Source of the DNA: Candidatus Omnitrophota bacterium
GTDB taxonomy: Bacteria; Omnitrophota; Gorgyraeia; Zapsychrales; JBAZNR01
Assembly: GCA_041649175.1 (NCBI GenBank)
Contig: JBAZNR010000001.1
Coordinates: 386,332 to 450,331 of the forward strand
Length of the DNA: 64,000 bases
Direction: 5' to 3'
The translations under genes and the position numbers were made by a program. Shown here piece after piece: positions 44,966 through 52,228 of the stretch. A model generated the notes under the pieces. The model worked only from the letters and a program-made list of their open reading frames with translations. It had not been told where the DNA came from and did no database searches. Positions within the stretch are counted from its first letter, which is position 1. Every line of letters starts with the position of its first letter.

Positions 44966-45104
44966 TCTGTTCTCCATATGGTTTTGAAACACCATTGTCC
45001 AATCTGGAATAAACTAAAATGGCACCATTTTTACCAAACGCCAATGAGCTGAAAAAATCCATAAAATGAGAAATCTCCGGCAACAAATCCGGAGATCGGG
45101 ATAT

Positions 45105-45133
45105 AACATAGCCAATAAGACTATTATTGACAA
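45105..45133 (-). promoter_or_regulatory. Candidate sigma70-type promoter for the giant gene on the minus strand (TTGTCA-17-TATGTT)
   Basis: The -35 box tgacaa lies at 45,128-45,133 and the -10 box aacata at 45,105-45,110, both read as reverse complement, with a 17-bp spacer. The site is about 140 nt upstream of the ATG. Pattern match only. Confidence 0.25.
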
Positions 45134-45220
45134 ATTCAATAATCCGTGGCTTTTTAATTGTAAATGTTTTCACTACCCTTCTCCGTGGCTTGTTGGCTTC
45201 GGTCGCCCCCAACCGAAGCA

Positions 45221-45261
45221 TCAAAAAAGGCTGCTGAAAACGTTTGACGTTTTCGGCAGCC
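45221..45261 (-). terminator. Rho-independent terminator for minus-strand transcripts. It could end the tad operon with a long 3' tail or end a small RNA unit.
   Basis: A 14-bp stem ggctgcTgaaaacg / cgttttcGgcagcc (45,229-45,261) is followed on the minus-strand RNA by UUUUUU, seen as aaaaaa at 45,223-45,228 on the plus strand. Confidence 0.6.
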
Positions 45262-45360
45262 CAGGAGGGTTACTTAAAATTCCGACACTTCTTTTTCCCG
45301 TGGCTTTGCGGGCCTCATTTTTACTTACTTCCGGCCCACCTTTATCGATCCGTCAATTGC

Positions 45361-45393
45361 ATTATAAATATAACATTGTAATAGGATGTGTCA
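45361..45393 (-). promoter_or_regulatory. Candidate promoter (TTGACA-15/16-TATATT) reading toward the terminator at 45,221-45,261. Together they would define a candidate small RNA or leader unit of about 130 nt.
   Basis: On the minus strand TTGACA sits at 45,388-45,393 and TATATT or ATATTT at about 45,366-45,372. The downstream RNA holds only a 14-codon ORF (MRPAKPREKEVSEF). Confidence 0.2.
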
Positions 45394-45795
45394 ACTTTTT
45401 ATTTCCTTGATTTGGAGCAAAAGTGTCTATTTTTCAATGACTTATGAAATAAATAAAAAATAATTTATTTTTTTTGGAAATTATTCCCAAAAGCGAATTT
45501 TTCTTATGAAAATGTTTTAAAAAATGTTTAATAACATCCGGTGTTTGAAATAAAAAATTGACGGTGTTTTTTTATTTTACGCTTTCCGTCATGATCAAAA
45601 AAGAGAGAGAAAATGAGAAGAACGTTATGAGAAAAACTATACTTCCGTCGGAATACTACACTTTTCCGACGGAGAAATTGTTTTCCGCTTGATGATCCAT
45701 TTTCGTTTTTAGTCAGGATCTTTCTGGAAATCTACGACAAGAAAAATGAACTGATGCGAAAGGAATATATTCGTAATCCATGAACGCCTGCGTGG

Positions 45796-45895
45796 ATAAA
45801 TTCGTGGAAATATTGCACGAATTTATATAGATTGGACATTAAATAAATATGATTGGACATTAATCTCTGTGTAATTATTCTAATTTAATGTCCAA
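45796..45895. promoter_or_regulatory. Cluster of likely protein-binding motifs just downstream of tadC. An 11-bp perfect inverted repeat ATAAATTCGTG-9-CACGAATTTAT lies at 45,796-45,826. Three copies of TTGGACATTAA follow, two direct (45,832-45,842 and 45,853-45,863) and one inverted (45,885-45,895).
   Basis: Read directly from the sequence. A degenerate copy, GATTGGACAAT, lies 20-30 nt upstream of the giant-gene start codon at about 44,993-45,003 on the minus strand. Confidence 0.35.
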
Positions 45896-45909
45896 AGATA
45901 TATATGAAT

Positions 45910-46815
45910 TTATCGTTTCTGTGAAGCGCCGCCAACCAAATTCTTCATAGGATTGTTCTGCATGAAATCCAAGAATATGGGAGCGCCAACGAGAATAGCA
46001 ACAACGGGGAAAATGAAAAGCAAAAGAGGAACAAGCATTTTTAAAGGAGCTTTGAGAGCTACTTGCTCGCCACGGCGAAAGCGCGCCAGGCGCATATCTT
46101 CCGATAGGATATTGAGCGCCTCGGCAACCGAGGTTCCCATTCTATCCGCTTGGATAAGCGTACGGGTAAACGTGGTTAGATCCGGCAGGTCGTATTTTTT
46201 GGACAAATCGCTTAGGGCATTGCGGCGCGACTTTCCGACATTGATCTCCTGCATGATCAAATTCAGCTCATCCGCTAAAGCCGAAGGCGGTGTTTTCTCA
46301 ATGACCCATTTTAAGGCCAACATAAAATCAAGGCCGGCATTAACGCATAAGCCTAGAAGGTCAATGGTGTCAGGAAGCTGTTTGACGATAGCATTTTTGA
46401 CTTTACTGATCTTTCCTTTAAGCCAAAACTCCGGCAATATATAGCCAATGGCAAAACCCATCAGCGATGTAAATAGGATCACATCTGCCTGAATAAAGGG
46501 CAAAGTTGCCCCCAAAAGCCCTCCAATGATAAGCTCTTTAATGAGCAAGAATTCTTCGGGAGACATATCAACCTTGGCTAAAGCTAAATCCTTTGAAATA
46601 CGGGCCCCTAGAGGGCCAATACACAGCGGTTTATTGAACATCGCCAAACCCTTAATAAGGGCTCGCGGAGCATCTGTCCATTTCTTCTTTCTATCGGTTG
46701 CGGCTTTTTCGTGAACCAAAGAAAGGGTAGGGCGAAGCACCTGGTCAAAAGGCAAAATGGCATAAGCCAGAAGCACTCCGGTAGCAAAGGCTAAAATAAG
46801 GATGACAATTTGCAT
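45910..46815 (-). CDS. tadC: Tad/Flp pilus assembly inner-membrane protein TadC-like (T2SS-F family)
   Basis: A 301-aa ORF with the GspF/T2SSF-type layout of TM helices and a cytoplasmic helical domain. It lies immediately after a paralogous T2SSF gene, matching the tadB-tadC order. Confidence 0.75.
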   Translation of the reverse strand: MQIVILILAFATGVLLAYAILPFDQVLRPTLSLVHEKAATDRKKKWTDAPRALIKGLAMFNKPLCIGPLGARISKDLALAKVDMSPEEFLLIKELIIGGLLGATLPFIQADVILFTSLMGFAIGYILPEFWLKGKISKVKNAIVKQLPDTIDLLGLCVNAGLDFMLALKWVIEKTPPSALADELNLIMQEINVGKSRRNALSDLSKKYDLPDLTTFTRTLIQADRMGTSVAEALNILSEDMRLARFRRGEQVALKAPLKMLVPLLLFIFPVVAILVGAPIFLDFMQNNPMKNLVGGASQKR

Positions 46816-46837
46816 TATTTTCTCACCAGTTAGTTAA

Positions 46838-46966
46838 TTTCCAATAACCAAATGCCAATGACCAGATAAACTTCAATAACCAATTTTCTAATTTCCAAAC
46901 GTTTTTAACATTGATTATTGATAAATTGGGAATTATCTGGATGTTGAAATTTGGTCATTGGTTATT
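46838..46966 (+). repeat. MITE-like intergenic repeat, copy A, about 130 bp, with imperfect terminal inverted repeats (aataaccaa..caatgacc / ggtcattggttatt)
   Basis: It fills the whole tadB-tadC spacer. Its first 100 bp are about 88% identical to copy C at 52,069-52,165 and it is the reverse complement of copy B at 47,915-48,040. The shared core is ccaaacgtttttaacattg. Confidence 0.6.
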
Positions 46967-46969
46967 ATC

Positions 46970-47827
46970 CTAAAAATCCTTAAACGTACTTATTTTCCAT
47001 ATCAAAAATGCTCCGACGAGCTCGGAGGCGACAGCGTACATCAAAAGCATTTTCCCAATATCGGAATTAAACATCTGGTCAAAGAAATTCTTATTGGTCG
47101 CTGTCACAATAAAGGCAAAACCAATAGGTAAAAGCGACATAACAACGCCCTGAATTCTTCCTTGCATCGTTAAATTATCCAGGTTTTGTTTTATCTTTTT
47201 ATTCTCCCGGATAACGCCGATGATGCGGGCAAAAATGACGGGTAAATTACCGCCGGTTTCCCGGGCTAAAAGAATAGCCGTGATCATCTGATTTAAAGCG
47301 GTGGAAGGCACCCGGTCATAAAGGTGCGCGAACGATTCTTCTAAAGACACGCCCATTTTATTCTCGCCGAGCAAAATGGCAAATTCCTGATTAATAGGGT
47401 CCGACATTTCTTCGGTGACCACTTCGATAGCTTGAATAAGGCTTAAGCCGCCGCGCAAAGAGCTTGACATGATCATCAGCGCGTCAATGAGCTGATCATT
47501 GAATTTATCCATTCTTTTTTCTGCTAAAACCTTGATCCAAAGCCCCGGGCCGATGAGGCCTAAAAATACGCCTAAGCCTAAACCAAACCAGCGAAATTCC
47601 GTCGGAGCGACAACAAATCCGGCTACCGCGCCGATCACAGGCGCGAATGTATAAAGCACCACAATACGGTTAATTTTTGAGCGCATGAACATGCGGTCCA
47701 TTTTATCGGAAAGTCCTTTGGCGCGTTTTTGATTGATCTGCATAGCCAGATTAAAAGCGGAAGGGGCAATGACCCATGTTAAAAGGCCGGCGGCAGAGAA
47801 GATGAGCAGCATAATAAAAAGACGCAT
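46970..47827 (-). CDS. tadB: Tad/Flp pilus assembly inner-membrane protein TadB-like (T2SS-F family)
   Basis: A 285-aa ORF with the T2SSF-like domain (...LDALMIMSSSLRGGLSLIQAIEVV...) and N- and C-terminal TM helices. Confidence 0.75.
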   Translation of the reverse strand: MRLFIMLLIFSAAGLLTWVIAPSAFNLAMQINQKRAKGLSDKMDRMFMRSKINRIVVLYTFAPVIGAVAGFVVAPTEFRWFGLGLGVFLGLIGPGLWIKVLAEKRMDKFNDQLIDALMIMSSSLRGGLSLIQAIEVVTEEMSDPINQEFAILLGENKMGVSLEESFAHLYDRVPSTALNQMITAILLARETGGNLPVIFARIIGVIRENKKIKQNLDNLTMQGRIQGVVMSLLPIGFAFIVTATNKNFFDQMFNSDIGKMLLMYAVASELVGAFLIWKISTFKDF

Positions 47828-47914
47828 GGTACTATTTTTGCTTAAAGCCTTTCAAAAATCAACTTTAATATGGAAAATTAACTTTGCGGGTTGTGGGGAT
47901 GCATTATGAGTTTT

Positions 47915-48040
47915 GGTCAATGACCAATCACCAAATTCCAACATCCAGATAATGTTCAATTTACAAATAACCAATGTTAAAAACGTTTGAATATTGATTA
48001 TTGGAATTTGTTTGGTGATTGTGTTTTGGTTATTGGAATT
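47915..48040 (-). repeat. MITE-like intergenic repeat, copy B, in inverted orientation
   Basis: Its reverse complement aligns base for base with copy A (...attccaataaccaaa...caaacgtttttaacattgg...attatctggatgttggaatttggtgattggtcattgacc). It lies between the Cys-rich pilin gene and tadB. Confidence 0.6.
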
Positions 48041-48048
48041 TCAGAAGT

Positions 48049-48567
48049 CTACTGGCAGATATTATCATCCGCGTTGATGCAGTCTTCAATGCAGTTTTGT
48101 TCTTCGGTCAATTCGCAACTTCGTTCGCAATCTCCGTGAAATTGGCTGGGATTACCGTTGGATTGGTTGCACCGATCACGACAGATCGTTGCGCATGCCG
48201 GATCGTAAAACATGCTATCAGGATCACAGAACATATCATAACAACCGTTGAGACAGGCTTGATAGTGGTTATAAAGCCCTCCTTCACAGCCAGACACGCA
48301 AGACGTGTGGATGGGATCATAACAAGCATTGTAGCATTGCAGGCTATACCAGCCTTCGTGCTCACCTTGAGCCCAAAGGCATTCGGTTGTTTTTTGCGGG
48401 TCATACTGGCGGCCTTCGCTGAACACTTCCGACGCTGATTTCCAGCGCCCGGCAAGTCCGCGCAAAATATATTTTTGCATTAACAGAATCGCACCGATCA
48501 TTAGAATGATCAAGGCGACATATTCTAAAGTTGAAGCAGCTTTTTTTTGACAAAAAAATTTAATCAT
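48049..48567 (-). CDS. TadE-like pseudopilin with a cysteine-rich C-terminal domain (172 aa, about 22 Cys)
   Basis: The N-terminus KKAASTLEYVALIILMIGAILL matches the TadE/Flp-type class-III signal and hydrophobic stem. The C-terminal half is packed with CxxxC and CxC pairs. Confidence 0.6.
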   Translation of the reverse strand: MIKFFCQKKAASTLEYVALIILMIGAILLMQKYILRGLAGRWKSASEVFSEGRQYDPQKTTECLWAQGEHEGWYSLQCYNACYDPIHTSCVSGCEGGLYNHYQACLNGCYDMFCDPDSMFYDPACATICRDRCNQSNGNPSQFHGDCERSCELTEEQNCIEDCINADDNICQ

Positions 48568-48570
48568 CGT

Positions 48571-51500
48571 TTACCATTGGCATTGGTCGCTAAATTTGAC
48601 ATTAAATCCCCAGGGATTGCCGTTATGCCAGAAATATTCCGCGCAAGATAAAGACATGACCCCGTGAGAAAGCAAGCTTTCGGCGCGCGCCCGGCAATCG
48701 TCATCCTTCACCATAAAAGCACCCTCAGTCGGAGTATCGAGACAACCACTTAAACTATTGATATTGCCGACAGAAGCAGGGCCTTTTTGCGGATGAGAAA
48801 ATGACATACCCCAAATCGGCATGGCATTAGCAAATCGAAATGATAAGTCTTTATCCTGATCCCAGCGGGTGACACGCACTTTTACTTTGCCGCCTTTGAA
48901 ACAACCCGTATGATGATACTCGTCTTGTTCATTGCACCAACTCACCTTGTCATATACATCACCTACTGAATTACAGCGGTGTTGATTAAATGTCCCGTGG
49001 ACAGAGTTCTTTACTCTTGGCCAGTCCGGTTCAGGAAGTCCAGGTCGTCCGCATCCGCCATCACAGCGCGTTGGTATCTTGGCTTCTACTCTCACAATAT
49101 GCCAACAACCCTTTTCTGAGCCGTCCGGATTACGCCCGCATCCTTTATCTGTTTTCCATCCATAGATCGCGTAAGGCGGCAAAGAAGGAATATCGCCCAG
49201 AAGAGAATCTTCGACGCTGCTAATGCCATTGGGGAGGTTGGCTGTTGTTAAAAACTCACTGATCTTTGTTCGCGCGTCAGCAAGTTTGGTAGCAGCATCA
49301 CCGGCTTTTGTATAGGCATCGCTTAGAAAATTGTAACGCTGTTGATATTTTTCCCTTAAAAGCGCTATATGTTCTAGAAATCCTGGATCAGCGCACTGCG
49401 GCCAAATACCGTTAACTGTATCGTATCCTAACGTGTTGTTGATAAAGTGAGTATTGAACAAGTGGCACGGCGTGACATCGCCGGAAGCATTACAGCTGTT
49501 ATAGCAAGCCTGCAGCATTTCAATGGTTCCATTGCCGGCGGGATTTTGGTAACAGCTAAGAACTTGCGGAATAATAGGAACACCCGGATAAGGAGCGATA
49601 TTATTATTGATCCACGTAACATTATTCGGACAAAATACCGATCGCATGCCTTCTGAATCCCAATATCCATGATACTGGCTATTGCCGTTGCGCCATCCGG
49701 ATAATTTTGCCCGCCACATATTTAAAGGCCCGGAGGCTTTCGCTAAGTCATAAAGAGCATTTCCATTAGAATTATCAATCCAGGTCTTAGCCTCATTATA
49801 CCAATCGTTAAACGAACTATAAATATCCTCGGGTGGCATGGCTAATGTTTTGGTGGCCCACACAATAAAATCATCCGTTGTTATTTTCATTTGGTCTAAG
49901 GAATCTTCCGGCCATTCGGAGGCGGGTGTGCCTGGGCTAGCGCTAAACGCATCCTCACAAGACTGATTGGCGGCGCAATGATCCGGATTATCATCATGAT
50001 CTAGATCTGCCGAGGGATCTAAGCAGCTTGGACAATCCCCCGGGCAATGTTTTCCGACACAGTTTTGATTATACGGCCACGTTTCTGAACAAAACTGATC
50101 ATCACCGCGTTTCCACTTAGGCCTGCTTCCGGTACAGGGAGCAGGCCCGAGATCCGCGTTGGTGACACAGCGGTCTTCTTGAGCGATCACGCATGTGGCA
50201 TTATGAATATTATCAAAATAGGCATCATCGTCCTGGTTTGTCGTCGTTAAACAACAGCTTTCTCCGGAACAATTTCCCGTAAGCGAAAGGCGCCCGACGG
50301 CATCAAAACTATCGCATCCCGGATAACGCGCATCACACCAAAAACACCCCTCGGGATGGTCCGGATTATGACTTGTATTATTTTGCAAATATGTCCGGTC
50401 GGCAACTTTCCAAAGGGCCGGAAATAAGCCGGTGGCATCTTCCGCGCGGTATTTTCCCATCACGTCACTAATCTGAGGATTGTTGTAGTTTCCCGGCGGG
50501 GAAGTTTTAAGCAGAGGATTTTCATCGTCGTGACCGAGAATTTCTCGAAAAGACTTAAAAGCATTGTTGCCGTTTTCATAAATGGGATCATAGACATAAG
50601 GCCAAGAAGTTGCCGGACAGGAGCTTGAGGGATCTTCCGTCGCATTGCAACGCAGTTCAGCTTCATCTTCCGTGCAGCATTCCGGGCGGATCTCTTGAGT
50701 AACGCCACGCCTCCACCACCCACCGCCAACAGGTATTGTCACCGTTTCTTCCGGCAAACAACAACAATTGCATTCCGCAGGACGGTTAGGATCCGTCACA
50801 TTGCAACAAGCATGCTCGCCGGCAGACTGCTGATGCGTATTTCCATCCGTACAGGTTGGCGTAAACGGATCCCACATGCCCCAATCATCATCGTGCACCG
50901 TTCCGCTTCTATCGGTATAAGATTCATAGATCAACTTTGAAAGAAGATCCTGAAACTGAGCAATTTTTTCAATATTTTCTAAACGCTCCTCCACCACATC
51001 AGAATTTTCTTGGATTTCCCGAACACGATTAGCATAATAATAACCGAACCGATTGGTTTTATCTCCTACGGAATCATCTGTCCCGCACCGATCACAAACT
51101 CCGTCCATATCTTCATCGAGATTATCTGGCATTTCTTTATTATCATCCACCACATTTTGAATCCCCATAAGGATCCCACGCTCTAAAAACTGGTCTTGCT
51201 GGGTCATTTTAGGAAACATCTTATTATAAAATTCGCTTAAACCGGGTTGAAGGACAGCAACAGAAAGAACGAAATTGATAGTAGCTCCGGCAAGCCCGGC
51301 ACCAGCCGAAATAGTCAACACTGTGGCTGCTTGTATAGCTGCAGGTGTCGCAGCTCCCGCCGTAAAGATAATAACGGCAATCAAAATAATCGCTGCTATA
51401 ACCAAAGTCGTTAAGTTCCTAAGAAAATTATGATCGGTCCCGCAAACATGCAAGTCCGCGCCGCCGTCTAAAACGTATTGATACAAATACTGCGAATAGC

Positions 51501-51720
51501 TGGCGATCTCAGATGCCAAAAACGCCGCGCCCAAATTAGCCGCGATGGTCACCTGCGCTTTTGTTTGCGCCACGCGCCCCAAATTCATCACCACCGCCAA
51601 AAAGATGATCAAAACCGCGGTGATCAAAATGAGGATAAGCGCCACTTGCCCTAAGCGTGCGTGCTTTGGCTTGATCGGCCTTAACGGATGAAGCAGTCTA
51701 TTTAAAAATTGAAAAATCAT
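48571..51720 (-). CDS. Giant TadG-like pilus-associated protein (1,049 aa) with a Cys-rich extracellular region
   Basis: The N-terminus RLGQVALILILITAVLIIFLAVVMNLGRV matches the TadG/TadE-like N-terminal motif. It is followed by a large Cys-rich segment (CCNVTDPNRPAECNCCCLPEE, CDRCGTDD...). Typical TadG is about 500 aa. Confidence 0.6.
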   Translation of the reverse strand: MIFQFLNRLLHPLRPIKPKHARLGQVALILILITAVLIIFLAVVMNLGRVAQTKAQVTIAANLGAAFLASEIASYSQYLYQYVLDGGADLHVCGTDHNFLRNLTTLVIAAIILIAVIIFTAGAATPAAIQAATVLTISAGAGLAGATINFVLSVAVLQPGLSEFYNKMFPKMTQQDQFLERGILMGIQNVVDDNKEMPDNLDEDMDGVCDRCGTDDSVGDKTNRFGYYYANRVREIQENSDVVEERLENIEKIAQFQDLLSKLIYESYTDRSGTVHDDDWGMWDPFTPTCTDGNTHQQSAGEHACCNVTDPNRPAECNCCCLPEETVTIPVGGGWWRRGVTQEIRPECCTEDEAELRCNATEDPSSSCPATSWPYVYDPIYENGNNAFKSFREILGHDDENPLLKTSPPGNYNNPQISDVMGKYRAEDATGLFPALWKVADRTYLQNNTSHNPDHPEGCFWCDARYPGCDSFDAVGRLSLTGNCSGESCCLTTTNQDDDAYFDNIHNATCVIAQEDRCVTNADLGPAPCTGSRPKWKRGDDQFCSETWPYNQNCVGKHCPGDCPSCLDPSADLDHDDNPDHCAANQSCEDAFSASPGTPASEWPEDSLDQMKITTDDFIVWATKTLAMPPEDIYSSFNDWYNEAKTWIDNSNGNALYDLAKASGPLNMWRAKLSGWRNGNSQYHGYWDSEGMRSVFCPNNVTWINNNIAPYPGVPIIPQVLSCYQNPAGNGTIEMLQACYNSCNASGDVTPCHLFNTHFINNTLGYDTVNGIWPQCADPGFLEHIALLREKYQQRYNFLSDAYTKAGDAATKLADARTKISEFLTTANLPNGISSVEDSLLGDIPSLPPYAIYGWKTDKGCGRNPDGSEKGCWHIVRVEAKIPTRCDGGCGRPGLPEPDWPRVKNSVHGTFNQHRCNSVGDVYDKVSWCNEQDEYHHTGCFKGGKVKVRVTRWDQDKDLSFRFANAMPIWGMSFSHPQKGPASVGNINSLSGCLDTPTEGAFMVKDDDCRARAESLLSHGVMSLSCAEYFWHNGNPWGFNVKFSDQCQW

Positions 51721-51730
51721 TATGTATTTC

Positions 51731-52060
51731 CTATTCTATTTCCTCTTCCGAACCGTCATCCGGAGGAGTGTCCCAGCCGTTAAAAACAAGATTCATGTCT
51801 GTCCCATCGTAGAAATCTGTTTGTAGCTGGCGCAAAGGCCCCGACATTGGGGAAGTGTCCCAATTTGAACCTTCGTTCACGAATCTGTCCGATAAGCTTT
51901 GATCATGCGCGATGCGCCGTTCGGCTAAACTTACTCCCGCCCATTGAAACGCCTTAATACAGCCGTAAATAATAAGCAGGATCATAATGAAACAAAAAGT
52001 GAATTCCATTGTCACTTGGGCCTGTTTGTTGCAAGATTTCTTAAAAATGGGACTTATCAT
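51731..52060 (-). CDS. TadE-like pseudopilin. The ORF track starts it at a TTG at 52,081, inside repeat C. An ATG at 52,058-52,060 (MISPIFKK...) is more likely.
   Basis: The TadE-like N-terminal motif is NKQAQVTMEFTFCFIMILLIIYG. The C-terminus is acidic. Confidence 0.55.
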   Translation of the reverse strand: MISPIFKKSCNKQAQVTMEFTFCFIMILLIIYGCIKAFQWAGVSLAERRIAHDQSLSDRFVNEGSNWDTSPMSGPLRQLQTDFYDGTDMNLVFNGWDTPPDDGSEEEIE

Positions 52061-52068
52061 ATTTAAAG

Positions 52069-52165
52069 TTCCAATCACCAAATTCCAATGGCCAGATAAA
52101 TTTCAAAAACCAATTTTCTAATTTCCAAACGTTTTTAACATTGTTTATTGAAAATTGAATATTAT
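52069..52165 (+). repeat. MITE-like intergenic repeat, copy C, apparently 3'-truncated
   Basis: ttccaatcaccaaattccaatggccagataaatttcaaaaaccaattttctaatttccaaacgtttttaacattg... is about 88% identical to copy A. It sits upstream of the small TadE-like gene. Confidence 0.55.
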
Positions 52166-52228
52166 TTGGTTATTGTTGCTTGTATCCTGCCTGCCTGCCG
52201 GCGAGGCAGGGTTATTTTCTTTTCTTTA

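Noticed and set aside
868-45224. The 24 minus-strand ORFs listed in 1-45.2 kb, for example 868..1101, 10324..10515, 10519..10707, 32563..32865, 37381..37722 and 44955..45224
   Set aside because: All lie in frames whose codon low position is 1 or 0 mod 3, which are off-frame with respect to the giant gene. Adjacent pairs such as 10324..10515 and 10519..10707 are stop-to-stop fragments. Their sequences are junk-like.
48019-50940. Overlapping ORFs 48019..48438(+), 48108..48455(-), 48990..49223(+), 49428..49670(-), 49447..49656(+), 50247..50438(-), 50460..50729(-) and 50695..50940(+)
   Set aside because: They lie inside, or antisense to, the Cys-rich pilin and TadG-like genes. They have no independent support.
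52187-52225. A GC-rich hairpin cctgcctgcc..ggcgaggcagg followed by a T-run on the plus strand, which could be a plus-strand terminator
   Set aside because: The stem is imperfect, and no plus-strand gene lies upstream that it could terminate. On the minus strand it lacks a trailing U-tract. It was left unannotated.
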